From NCBI GenBank assembly GCA_044236265.1, contig JBIIGV010000001.1, forward strand, positions 18,509-82,508: a stretch of 64,000 nucleotides of DNA, written 5' to 3'. The position numbers and the translations under genes were made by a program. The notes beneath the pieces are model-generated. The model searched no databases and was not told the origin of the DNA. It saw only the letters and a list, made by a program, of their open reading frames with translations. Positions 40,951 to 50,192 of this stretch are shown piece after piece; within the stretch, counting starts at the first letter, position 1, and each line of letters begins with the position of its first letter. The DNA comes from Oligoflexales bacterium (GTDB lineage Bacteria > Bdellovibrionota_B > Oligoflexia > Oligoflexales > RGVZ01).

Positions 40951-40988
40951 TTGATGAGTCAAAATGGCGCATTAATGAGGTGATTAGG

Positions 40989-41417
40989 ATGGCGGAGCTA
41001 CATGCTTTGGAGTCGGCGTTGGTCTACATCGAACAACACTACATGGAACAGATGACCCTGGATGACCTGATCCGTGTGAGCGGGGTTTCAAAATACAGCT
41101 TAAATAGGCTATTCAAGAAAAGATTTCAGATGTCGCCCAAGAGGTGGATCTGGATTTTTCGCGTGGCTGTGGCCAAGCAAGTTTTTTCCTGCTGGCCTGA
41201 CCTTGCTTGTAGGGATGTTGCATTTGCTTGTGGTTTCGAGACGCCCGCGCACTTCTCGCGTGTATTTCGGGCAATCGTGGGGGAAACGCCCCAGGATTAT
41301 AAGAACAAACTAGCGGAGGAAAAGAATAGCGATCTTGATGATCAGGCAGCCATCACCCCTTTCGCGAGACGAGCGTTTTTGAATCAAGAGCTAGGCGTTG
41401 TCGAAGGATTTAACTGA
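40989..41417 (+). CDS. Stand-alone AraC-family HTH regulator
   Basis: YIEQHYMEQMTLDDL, VAFACGFETPAHFSRVFR, TPQDY; ATG 40989 after GAGGTGA; no effector domain. Confidence 0.9.
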   Translation: MAELHALESALVYIEQHYMEQMTLDDLIRVSGVSKYSLNRLFKKRFQMSPKRWIWIFRVAVAKQVFSCWPDLACRDVAFACGFETPAHFSRVFRAIVGETPQDYKNKLAEEKNSDLDDQAAITPFARRAFLNQELGVVEGFN

Positions 41418-42953
41418 TCAAACGTCGCTGTCGGCAAATATTTGCACTGCTTTAACGGCCTTGAGCCATCCCGATTTGATTTTGTCGATATTTGATTTCT
41501 CTGCGGGATTCGATGTTGGTTTGAAAACCATTTCAGATGAACGTGCCGCTGCGAGATCTCCTAAATTTTTGTAGATACCGATTCCAAGTCCTGCAAATAA
41601 ACCTGCACCGATTGCAGTTGATTCGATATCCTTTGGACGATCAACAGGGACATCCAGAAGATCGGCTTGTAACTGCATGAGAAATCCATTGGCTGCAGCT
41701 CCACCGTCAGCCCTAAGAACTTTCAAGTCTTTGCCCAGCAATGACTTCATTGCATTGGCTAGGTCGGTGACTTGAAGAGCAATTCCTTCAAGTGAAGCAC
41801 GGACAATATCATTTTTGGTTGTTCCGCGGTGCATTCCAAGAAATGCGCCACGTGCCAACGGATTCCACCAAGGAGCACTTAAACCTGCAAGCGCAGGAAC
41901 AAAATATAAATTAGGAGCTGCAGATCCCTTTAATGCTAGACGCTCTGAATCCGAAGACTTTTCAAGAAAATTAAATTGATCACGAATGAACTGCACCGCT
42001 GCTCCCGCAATAAAAGATGAACCCTCGAGAGCGTAGGTCAATTGCCCATTAATGTTCCAGGCCACTGTTGTGAGAAGTCCATTGCCAGCTGATGGTGCCT
42101 TTTGTCCGCTATTGAGCAACAGGAAAGCGCCGGTGCCGAACGTGCACTTAGCTTCTCCAATTTCAAAACATGCTTGACCTGCAAGTGCTGCTTGTTGATC
42201 GCCAAGAATGCCCGTAATGGGAATGCCGTCGGGAAGGAATCCGACATTTTTTGTCTGTCCAAAAAGCCCGGCACTTGGCTTAATTTCTGGAAGTACATCG
42301 GCTGATGGGATGCCAAAAAGCTTTAGCAATTCCTCATCCCAGCGATTTGTGTGGATATTATAAAGCATTGTGCGGCTAGCATTACTTGACTCAGTGACAT
42401 GACTGGCACCGGCCGTTAGCTTGTGTGTCAGCCAGCACTCGATGGTTCCGATGACCGCTGTTCCGGAAGAGATTGCTTGCTTGACGTCTGGGCGATTTTG
42501 CATAAGCCAAGCAACCTTGCTTCCACTGAAGTAAGGATCCAAAAGTAAGCCCGTCTTTTCTCGAATCATTGGCTCGTGACCTTTGGCCTTTAGATCTCTG
42601 CAGATCTCGGTGCTTCTGCGGCACTGCCAAACAATAGCCTTGCAAATGGGACTTGAGCTTTTGCGGTCAAATACACAAATGGTTTCTCTTTGATTTGAAA
42701 TACCTATGGCGGCGACCCGCTTTAAGGCGTCGTTTCCGCCAAGTTGAGATGCAGCCTTTTCGACCGCTTTGCCAACAGATGCCCAGATTTCATTAAGATC
42801 ATGTTCGACCCAGCCGGCGGCGGGAAAATGTTGAGGGAAGTCGAAGGTTGCCTTGGCAGCCACCTTGGGTCGCCCCGGCTGCGAGACGTCGAGAATGAGA
42901 ACTGTAGATCCGGTGGTTCCTTGATCGATTGATAGAAGAAGATCTTTTGACAT
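41418..42953 (-). CDS. glpK: Glycerol kinase
   Basis: IDQGTTGS, NQRET, DPYFSGSK, GDQQAAL, KCTFGTGAF. Confidence 0.95.
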   Translation of the reverse strand: MSKDLLLSIDQGTTGSTVLILDVSQPGRPKVAAKATFDFPQHFPAAGWVEHDLNEIWASVGKAVEKAASQLGGNDALKRVAAIGISNQRETICVFDRKSSSPICKAIVWQCRRSTEICRDLKAKGHEPMIREKTGLLLDPYFSGSKVAWLMQNRPDVKQAISSGTAVIGTIECWLTHKLTAGASHVTESSNASRTMLYNIHTNRWDEELLKLFGIPSADVLPEIKPSAGLFGQTKNVGFLPDGIPITGILGDQQAALAGQACFEIGEAKCTFGTGAFLLLNSGQKAPSAGNGLLTTVAWNINGQLTYALEGSSFIAGAAVQFIRDQFNFLEKSSDSERLALKGSAAPNLYFVPALAGLSAPWWNPLARGAFLGMHRGTTKNDIVRASLEGIALQVTDLANAMKSLLGKDLKVLRADGGAAANGFLMQLQADLLDVPVDRPKDIESTAIGAGLFAGLGIGIYKNLGDLAAARSSEMVFKPTSNPAEKSNIDKIKSGWLKAVKAVQIFADSDV

Positions 42954-43030
42954 CTGCTGCTCCCAAACTTAGCCTTTAGCGAAGGAATTCGCCAATTTAG
43001 GACTCTGATGGTAGCACACCATAAGTTAAC

Positions 43031-43059
43031 TTGACCAGTCTGATGGCCTTTCCTATAGT
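43031..43059 (+). promoter_or_regulatory. sigma70-type promoter for fmt-purN-ispA
   Basis: TTGACC-N17-TATAGT. Confidence 0.6.
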
Positions 43060-43108
43060 CGGGCGCGACTGAACCCAAACCCTCTGACTGACGGGCGTTT
43101 AAACGCAT

Positions 43109-44086
43109 ATGATGCGCATTATTTTTATGGGCTCCCCGGAAGATGTCGTTTCTCCACTTAAGTATATGTGGGAACACGGGTCGGCATTGGGCTTTGAGTT
43201 GGTGGCCATTGTCAGTCAGCCTGCGCGTCCGGTTGGTCGCGGGGGGAAGATGCAAGATCCACCAGTGGCATCTTACGGTAAAGAGCACGGAATTTTTTGT
43301 CTCCAGCCAGAAAGCGCACGCGCGCCCGAGTTTTTAACAGAGCTGAAAAGTCTTCATCCGGACGTCATTATTACGGCCGCCTACGGTCAAATTCTTTCCG
43401 AGGAATTTTTGCAAATTCCGAAAATCGGAACTATTAATATTCACCCCAGTCGACTGCCCCAATATCGTGGGGCTACTCCTGTTCCAGCCGCACTCCTCGA
43501 TGGTCTGACCAATACTGCAGTTACGATACTGTTTACAGTTAAGAAACTTGATGCCGGCAACATTATTCTGCAAAAAGATTTTTCGATCAGCCCAGAGGAA
43601 ACGGCAGGTTCTTTGACCAAACGGCTTTTCGCGGAAAGTGGCCCGATGCTGATCGAGGCGCTACAAACCTTGAAGCAAGATGCGATGTTTAAGGGTGTTC
43701 CCCAAAATGATGCAGAGGCGACTTTTTGTAAGAAAATAGAAAAAGAAATGGGAATGATTGATTGGACCCGCAATGCCGTGACGATTTTAAATCAGTTTCG
43801 TGCCTTTGAGCCTTGGCCAGGCTCGTGGACGTTGTTGGGTGATAAGCGCGTTGCAATCACTGATATGGTGCTGACATCGACGGGGCTTTCCGAGACAGCT
43901 AAATTCGGCACGTTTCAATTCGATAAACCATCCAAGTCTCTTGTCGTTAAATGTAGTCAGGGTGCTGTTGCTGTAAGGCGTTTGAAGCCGGCCGGAGGCA
44001 AAGACATGGACGCAGCATCTTTTTGGAATGGACTGAAAGATAAGTCGCAGGTGGTCTTTCTAACGGATTCGGTGGTGCCATCTTAA
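43109..44086 (+). CDS. fmt: Methionyl-tRNA formyltransferase
   Basis: IIFMGSP, AAYGQIL, NIHPSRLPQYRGATP, RAFEPWPG. Confidence 0.93.
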   Translation: MMRIIFMGSPEDVVSPLKYMWEHGSALGFELVAIVSQPARPVGRGGKMQDPPVASYGKEHGIFCLQPESARAPEFLTELKSLHPDVIITAAYGQILSEEFLQIPKIGTINIHPSRLPQYRGATPVPAALLDGLTNTAVTILFTVKKLDAGNIILQKDFSISPEETAGSLTKRLFAESGPMLIEALQTLKQDAMFKGVPQNDAEATFCKKIEKEMGMIDWTRNAVTILNQFRAFEPWPGSWTLLGDKRVAITDMVLTSTGLSETAKFGTFQFDKPSKSLVVKCSQGAVAVRRLKPAGGKDMDAASFWNGLKDKSQVVFLTDSVVPS

Positions 44087-44096
44087 GGGTTTAAAC

Positions 44097-44741
44097 GTGA
44101 AGCAGTCTCAGGAGAAGAAAAAACTAAGGCTTGCAGTTGGCGTTTCCGGTGGGGGACGATCTCTGGTAAATCTTCTTCGTCAAGAATCTCAGCACAACTA
44201 TGAAGTTGTTTTTGTATTCAGTTCGTCGCCGGGCGCTCGCGCCAATGAAGTTGCTCGTTCATCAGGGCTTCCGCTGCTCGTTGAGGACTTTGGATTGAAA
44301 AATCATCCCATCGCGAAACCTCGTCTTTATGAGCAACTGCGACAGCATGAAGTTGACTTGGTTGTTTTGGCAGGTTTTTTAAAGCTATTTCCAGTGGAAC
44401 AAGCATGGGGTGGCCGCATTATAAATATTCACCCTGCCCTTTTGCCAAAGTTTGGTGGAAAGGGAATGCACGGCATAAACGTACATCAAGCTGTGTTGGG
44501 CGCCAAAGAAAATTGGTCTGGCGCAACAGTGCATTTTGTAAATGAGCGATATGATGAGGGTGAACTGATTTCTCAGGTAACTATTCCTGTGCAGGAAAAC
44601 GACTCAGCGGATGCTCTTGCAGCTCGCGTTTTTGCCGCTGAATGTATGCTATTACCTTGGACAATTGATGGTCTTGCCTCCGGTGCGTTGCCTGCGACGT
44701 CGGTTGTCATGATGCCTACCGTTAAGGAGACGTTGATTTAA
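44097..44741 (+). CDS. purN: Phosphoribosylglycinamide formyltransferase
   Basis: VSGGGRSL, LAGF, INIHPALLPKFGG, GATVHFV. Confidence 0.9.
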   Translation: MKQSQEKKKLRLAVGVSGGGRSLVNLLRQESQHNYEVVFVFSSSPGARANEVARSSGLPLLVEDFGLKNHPIAKPRLYEQLRQHEVDLVVLAGFLKLFPVEQAWGGRIINIHPALLPKFGGKGMHGINVHQAVLGAKENWSGATVHFVNERYDEGELISQVTIPVQENDSADALAARVFAAECMLLPWTIDGLASGALPATSVVMMPTVKETLI

Positions 44742-44744
44742 ATC

Positions 44745-45629
44745 ATGCAAGCAGTCATTGATCCCTTGGATCTATTTTCAAATGTATATCAGCAATTTTT
44801 GGTGAGAGCGTGGCCAGATCAAACCTCTCGTTTGCACAAAGCCATCCAGTACTGTTTATCTGGTGACGGTAAAAGAGTTCGAGCGCAGTTAGCCATGCTG
44901 GTCTGTAAAGCGTACGGTAAAGATCCTCGTCTAGCAGTGACTGGGGCTATCGCCGTGGAGATGGTCCATGCCTATAGCCTGTCGCACGATGATTTACCAT
45001 GCATGGACAATGATGATTTTAGGAGGGGCAGACCCTCGCTGCACCGAGCTTTTGACGAGGCGACAGCGCTTTTGGCCGGTGACGCGATCTTGACAGATGC
45101 TTTTCGGGTTTTGTCTGATAAAGAGTTTTTCCAAGAAAGCGATCTATTGACGACGGATCAAAGACTACGATCTGTTGCTGAATTGGCTCTTGCTGCCGGA
45201 GGCCACGGGATGGTTTACGGCCAGGATGCCGACATGTATTGGACCGGAAAAGGACACTACGATTTACAAACCTTGGAGAAAATTCACCGCGGCAAAACAG
45301 GCGCTCTCTTGGGCGCATCGGCAGCGATCGGGGCGATCGCTGGTGGAGCGAGCTCAGGTGAGGTCAGCCATTGGCGGGAGTTTGGCGTTATGATTGGGCT
45401 TGCCTTCCAGGCTGTGGATGATCTTTTGGATGAGTCAAAATCTACTGGGAAATCAACAGGTAAAGACAAGGCGCAGGGTAAGCTTACGTATCTTTCTCTG
45501 TTTACTAATGATGAGGTATTAAATTTAGCGAAACGCTATACTGAGGCGGCGCTGGCGCATGTGCCCCAGCAGGCTAGTGCCAATGCAGTCACCGAGTTTG
45601 TTCAGAAACTCGTGTTTCGAAAAAAGTGA
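44745..45629 (+). CDS. ispA: Polyprenyl (FPP/GGPP) diphosphate synthase
   Basis: GKRVR, HDDLPCMDNDDFRRG, KTGAL, FQAVDDLLD. Confidence 0.92.
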   Translation: MQAVIDPLDLFSNVYQQFLVRAWPDQTSRLHKAIQYCLSGDGKRVRAQLAMLVCKAYGKDPRLAVTGAIAVEMVHAYSLSHDDLPCMDNDDFRRGRPSLHRAFDEATALLAGDAILTDAFRVLSDKEFFQESDLLTTDQRLRSVAELALAAGGHGMVYGQDADMYWTGKGHYDLQTLEKIHRGKTGALLGASAAIGAIAGGASSGEVSHWREFGVMIGLAFQAVDDLLDESKSTGKSTGKDKAQGKLTYLSLFTNDEVLNLAKRYTEAALAHVPQQASANAVTEFVQKLVFRKK

Positions 45630-45642
45630 AAGGAGAGGTGTG

Positions 45643-45960
45643 ATGCCCTCAGATAGCTCTATAACAACGGCTTCCCCTTCTAACGGCTGGAAGATAACGG
45701 AAGAGAATTTTAGTCACAGTATTTTATCGTTTCGAGATAGGCAGGCCGGTGTCAGCAGTATTTTCGATCCTGACGCTGATCGCTACACTTACAATGCATA
45801 CTGTATTGAAAGTAAGCTACTTACGGAGCTTTTTACCTGTGAGTACGAGTTTTTATCTGATGCTGTCGCGGCAATAAATGAAGAGTTTGGACAGTGGGAG
45901 CTTGTGGATCTTTCCGCCAAAAGCGGTTGTGGCTCATGCGTTGCAAAAGGAGCTCATTGA
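45643..45960 (+). CDS. Small acidic hypothetical protein with C-terminal SGCGSC
   Basis: ATG 45643 after GGAGAGG; fills the operon gap. Confidence 0.7.
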   Translation: MPSDSSITTASPSNGWKITEENFSHSILSFRDRQAGVSSIFDPDADRYTYNAYCIESKLLTELFTCEYEFLSDAVAAINEEFGQWELVDLSAKSGCGSCVAKGAH

Positions 45961-47015
45961 TGTTTGCACGCATCTGGCCTCGGTCTCTTTTGATTTGCTT
46001 TTTTTCAGTGCTATCTGTTGCCAGTCATTTGGCTGCAGAGACGCTTGTGCCAGCAAAGCTTGAGGACCGTAGCCCGCGGGAAGTTATCAGAAAGAAAATC
46101 TTTCCCGACGGATCTGCTGGGCGCGATTGTAAAATCATGTCAAAAGATCCAAAAGGCATTGTTGAGGCCGACTCGTCTCTCACCTTGTTTATTCAAAGCC
46201 TAGTCAGGTCAATCAAAACAGGCGATGCCAAGGCACTCCAAGTTTTGTTTCATCCCCAGCTTAAAGTGAGAACACCCCAGGCCCAGGGCGCATTGACCTC
46301 GATTCAAAGAATCTCTGGCGACAAGATCGATGCAACTCTGTTTCGTGCTTACGGAATTAATAGTTTAGATGGGCTGACCACTCCCATTGAGTGTGCCGAT
46401 GATGGTTTGCTCGTGCATCCTCTCTTTTCTCACCCTTTTCAAGTTGGCCTATGGGTTCAGGTGATGGGAGCTGATGAAATCACCCGCGTTTACGCGGTCC
46501 TCGTCCCGACAAAAGACAAGTGGCTGATTGGAGCTTGGCATGTTCAGCAGTGGACTCACGCCGGAAAAGACTACGTGGCATGGAGGCAGGAAGCGGAGAC
46601 GTTTTTGGAGAAAAAACAGGATTTAGCGGCCTGGATATATTTAGATATTACGTCCAAGTTGCTGGACGGTGGGAAATTTCTCGTGTTTCCAGTTATGAAT
46701 GACGTCATTGCAGAAAAGCAGAAAATTTTAGGATCAAAATCATTAAAAGACGTCCTTGCTCCCAAATTCAAGGATGAAAAGCTCGTTTACGCATCGACCC
46801 TTTTTTCGCGAAAGGGTGCAGCTGTGCTACTGAGGTTTTTGATTCCTGGCGAATGGTCTGCCGTAACCATTCGCGATCATTGTAAGCAGAAGCTTAAAGA
46901 TATCTCTACTGAGTCTTGGGCGACTGCGCTTGCTGGCATCAGATGTGATTACGTTCTGCCAAAAGAGTCCATTGAGAAAGAAGGCGTTCTTGGTGGAATA
47001 TTTATTGAACGCTGA
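45960..47015 (+). CDS. Exported hypothetical protein
   Basis: TGATG overlap with the upstream gene; signal peptide ending SHLAA. Confidence 0.7.
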   Translation: MFARIWPRSLLICFFSVLSVASHLAAETLVPAKLEDRSPREVIRKKIFPDGSAGRDCKIMSKDPKGIVEADSSLTLFIQSLVRSIKTGDAKALQVLFHPQLKVRTPQAQGALTSIQRISGDKIDATLFRAYGINSLDGLTTPIECADDGLLVHPLFSHPFQVGLWVQVMGADEITRVYAVLVPTKDKWLIGAWHVQQWTHAGKDYVAWRQEAETFLEKKQDLAAWIYLDITSKLLDGGKFLVFPVMNDVIAEKQKILGSKSLKDVLAPKFKDEKLVYASTLFSRKGAAVLLRFLIPGEWSAVTIRDHCKQKLKDISTESWATALAGIRCDYVLPKESIEKEGVLGGIFIER

Positions 47016-47033
47016 CAGTGATTGTCGCGAACA

Positions 47034-47411
47034 CTAATTAAATGTTGCTTTGGTGCATGCAAAAGCAGCAAGAATCCAGGCAAGAATCATCATGGCGCCG
47101 CCGATCGGCGTGATGGCGCCCAGCCAGCGAATGCCAGTTCCGACCAGTGCATATAAAGACCCAGAAAAAATGATGATACCAATCAAAAGGGCCGCGGCCG
47201 CATACTTCAATGTTGCGCTTTCAAGACGTGCCATGCACAGAGAAATCCCGATCAGACCCATGCTTTGCATGCCAAGGTAGCGTGATGCGGTGTCAAAAAT
47301 AGCAAGATCCTCAGGTGTTAGACGTGATTTCATTGCGTGCGCGCCAAAGGCGCCGGCAGCTATGCCAAGGGCAGATAGTAGTGAACCTGCCGAAAACCAC
47401 CACGTCCACAT
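47034..47411 (-). CDS. DUF423 (YgdD/TMEM256) membrane protein
   Basis: GAFGAH, IFSGSLY, LGAITPIGG. Confidence 0.92.
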   Translation of the reverse strand: MWTWWFSAGSLLSALGIAAGAFGAHAMKSRLTPEDLAIFDTASRYLGMQSMGLIGISLCMARLESATLKYAAAALLIGIIIFSGSLYALVGTGIRWLGAITPIGGAMMILAWILAAFACTKATFN

Positions 47412-47446
47412 GAGAAAGATCCCTCCGACCCTCGCTAGCGAGTTCT

Positions 47447-48316
47447 TTATTTCTTAGTCTCGCCTTCGGCGCCTTTAGTTGTTTCTGGTGGGGACGATTT
47501 ATCTTCTTGCTTTGTAGGGTCAGTTGCGACCGCGACAGGCATTCCTTTGCAGTCTTGAAATTCTTTTCTCAGACTGTCGTTTAACTCTTTAAGAATATCG
47601 TATTCTCGCGCACTTTTGACACGCGCGAAATACTCCGTCAACTCAACGCTTTTATCAGGACTCATGCTTTCGAGAATTGTGGTCACCTGCTTTTGCTTGA
47701 GCTTCTTAAACAATGCGACGGTCAAATCCTTGTCGAGCTTCTCAAATTGAGGGGCTGCTTTTTTGGGCTCCATTTTTTCGAATAGCTCCGCAATTTTATC
47801 GAGGCGCTCCCCTTTCAGGTCTTTTTCCTGCTGAATTGTCTTTGCCAGAAATTTCCGCTCTTCGTCGAGCTTCGTCAGCTTTTCCTCAATACTTTTTTCC
47901 AGCTGTTTCAGCTGGTCTTCGCGTCGACCAAGCTGTTCAGTGCGTTCCTTGATTTGGCGTTCCTTGCGCTCGGCAAGATCAAGATACTTACCGACCTCTT
48001 CTTTTTTTGCCGTTTTTGCATTCAGCTTTGGCAAGGTAAATAGATCACTGAGAAAGCTTTTACGTTTCTCATCGTCTTTTTTAGCGGCGACTTCGTCTTT
48101 CATCTTAACCGCATCCTGCGGGGATGTTGTTTTTTCCTCGGGCTCTTTGGCCTTGGCAGATTTATCAGCCGCCTCACCCTTTTTTTCGGTTTCACCGTCA
48201 GCTGCAATTAGAGGAAGATCCCCGATCCTTAGCCATCCTTGGTGCATGGCGACTGCCGTGAATACAAGGATCAACTTGGCGAGTATGATGGTTTTCATAA
48301 GAGAGTGCTGGGACAT
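47447..48316 (-). CDS. motE: MotE/FlgY-family flagellar protein
   Basis: N-terminal TM, coiled coil, FEKMEPKKAA...ILESMSPDKS; follows fliJ; ATG 48316 after GGAG. Confidence 0.8.
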   Translation of the reverse strand: MSQHSLMKTIILAKLILVFTAVAMHQGWLRIGDLPLIAADGETEKKGEAADKSAKAKEPEEKTTSPQDAVKMKDEVAAKKDDEKRKSFLSDLFTLPKLNAKTAKKEEVGKYLDLAERKERQIKERTEQLGRREDQLKQLEKSIEEKLTKLDEERKFLAKTIQQEKDLKGERLDKIAELFEKMEPKKAAPQFEKLDKDLTVALFKKLKQKQVTTILESMSPDKSVELTEYFARVKSAREYDILKELNDSLRKEFQDCKGMPVAVATDPTKQEDKSSPPETTKGAEGETKK

Positions 48317-48332
48317 GGTTTCTCCTTGGCGC

Positions 48333-48785
48333 TCAACGCGTCTCGCGCACAAACTTGCGCAGTGAGTGTTCATCAAGCATTTTCTGTTCGCGGCGGTCCA
48401 TTTCCTTGGCAAATTCAGTTTTGTATTTGGTTTGCAGTGTTTTAATTGCTTCCAGATCGCGATGGGCCTTGCTCATGATGATGACCTGGTTTTTCTCCTC
48501 TTTCTCAAGTTGAATGATGCTTTGATAAAGTGCCATCCATTGGTTCTTCACGCTATCAAGACCTGTTTCGAGGGCGTCAAGCATCAAGCGATTTGATGTG
48601 CCGCGTTCCTCATTTAGTCTTGTCACACCATCCATGTACTCTTGCTGTTTAGCGCGCATGGCGGCAACGAGTTCAATCTTTCGCTGACGAATGATATTAA
48701 GTTTTTCGGACTCAATATCAAATTTTGCTTGCCGTTCTTCGATGACCGGATTTAGGCGTTTAGCTTTTTTTTCGAGTTGTAGCAT
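48333..48785 (-). CDS. fliJ: Flagellar export protein FliJ
   Basis: 150-aa coiled coil ending RREQKMLDE; directly after fliI. Confidence 0.8.
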   Translation of the reverse strand: MLQLEKKAKRLNPVIEERQAKFDIESEKLNIIRQRKIELVAAMRAKQQEYMDGVTRLNEERGTSNRLMLDALETGLDSVKNQWMALYQSIIQLEKEEKNQVIIMSKAHRDLEAIKTLQTKYKTEFAKEMDRREQKMLDEHSLRKFVRETR

Positions 48786-48806
48786 TTAATGGCCTCGGTC
48801 GTTCAA

Positions 48807-50174
48807 CTACGACTGTTCGTCGGATTCAAATCTATGTTTTGAGCTAACGATGGATTCCAGCGCACTCATTGATTGGTCAAATGAAGACAATTCTGATCGA
48901 TCCTGCTTTAGAAACTTTTCAATAGATGGCATGAGCCTGATGGCCTCGTCGAGTGCTGGGTTTGTCCCTGCCTGGTAGCTTCCGATTTGAACGTAATCAA
49001 AGTTTTCTTCATAAACTCCAAGTAACATCCTGATGTGAGCGGCAAGGTCCTGGTGACTACGGTCAACGATGTCATGCATCACCCGGCTCGTCGAAGCTGT
49101 AATTTGAATAGCTGGGAAGTGGTGGCGAGCAGCTAGAGTTCTCGAGAGAACGATATGCCCGTCGAGGATTCCTCGGACCGCATCTGCAATTGGCTCATTG
49201 AAGTCATCGCCATCTACCAAAACTGTGTAGATTCCCGATATTGATCCTTTTGCCTGAGGCCCGCAGCGTTCAAGGAGCCTCGGTAGCAGCGAGAAAACAG
49301 ACGGTGGATAGCCCTTAGTTGTCGGTGGTTCACCAACGGCAAGCCCGATTTCTCGTTGAGCCATGGCAACTCGTGTAAGAGAGTCCATCATGAGAAGAAC
49401 TTTTTTGTCTCGGGCTGCGAAATGTTCAGCAATTGCAGTGACCACTTTTGCAGCGCGAATTCTGAGTAGCGGCGATTGATCACCCGTTACGACAACTACT
49501 ACACTACGGGCAAGTCCCTCGGGACCAAGATCACGCTCGATGAACTCTCTGACCTCGCGACCACGCTCTCCAATCAGTCCGATGACGTTGATATCAGCAT
49601 CCGATCCTTTGGCCATCATGCCCATCATCACAGACTTTCCCACGCCCGAACCTGCCATGATGCCGATACGTTGCCCTTCTCCAAACGTTAGGAGTCCATC
49701 CATTGCGCGGATGCCAAGTCCAAATGGGTGAGCTACGCGTTGTCGTGTCATGGGATTGGGAGCTTCACGCTCCAGATGGGCGATATCGGATAGCGGATCA
49801 GGGTTAAGATCTGGGCCGAAAAGTGGCTGCATCATCGGATCAATAACTCGTCCGAGAAGGTGATCACCGACCTCGATTTGATTTAGGATTTTCATGCCCT
49901 TCACGGGGCTGCCAGGAGCGACTCCCTGGACTGAGGAGTACGGTATCAGTTGTGCACGATCATTTTTAAATCCAGCAACCTCTGCAAGTATTTGCCCTCC
50001 GGGAACAGGGCCAGCTATTGAAACAATGCTGCCGATCGGCGTACCTGGAAGAATAGCTTCAATCACAGTGCCGACAATGTCACAGACGCGTCCTTGTGGG
50101 TCCCAATCAATGGATCCCATTGCGCCCTTTAATTTAGTGCGATCAAAGTTTTTGATCTGTGTGCCGTAGGCCAT
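48807..50174 (-). CDS. fliI: Flagellar export ATPase FliI
   Basis: AGSGVGKS, IGERGREV, MDSLTR, GEPPTTKGYPPS. Confidence 0.96.
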   Translation of the reverse strand: MAYGTQIKNFDRTKLKGAMGSIDWDPQGRVCDIVGTVIEAILPGTPIGSIVSIAGPVPGGQILAEVAGFKNDRAQLIPYSSVQGVAPGSPVKGMKILNQIEVGDHLLGRVIDPMMQPLFGPDLNPDPLSDIAHLEREAPNPMTRQRVAHPFGLGIRAMDGLLTFGEGQRIGIMAGSGVGKSVMMGMMAKGSDADINVIGLIGERGREVREFIERDLGPEGLARSVVVVVTGDQSPLLRIRAAKVVTAIAEHFAARDKKVLLMMDSLTRVAMAQREIGLAVGEPPTTKGYPPSVFSLLPRLLERCGPQAKGSISGIYTVLVDGDDFNEPIADAVRGILDGHIVLSRTLAARHHFPAIQITASTSRVMHDIVDRSHQDLAAHIRMLLGVYEENFDYVQIGSYQAGTNPALDEAIRLMPSIEKFLKQDRSELSSFDQSMSALESIVSSKHRFESDEQS

Positions 50175-50192
50175 GTTATCCCTGCTCCCCGA

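Noticed and set aside
43109..44741. Adjacent formyltransferases as a specialised biosynthetic cluster
   Set aside because: Both are canonical housekeeping Fmt and PurN
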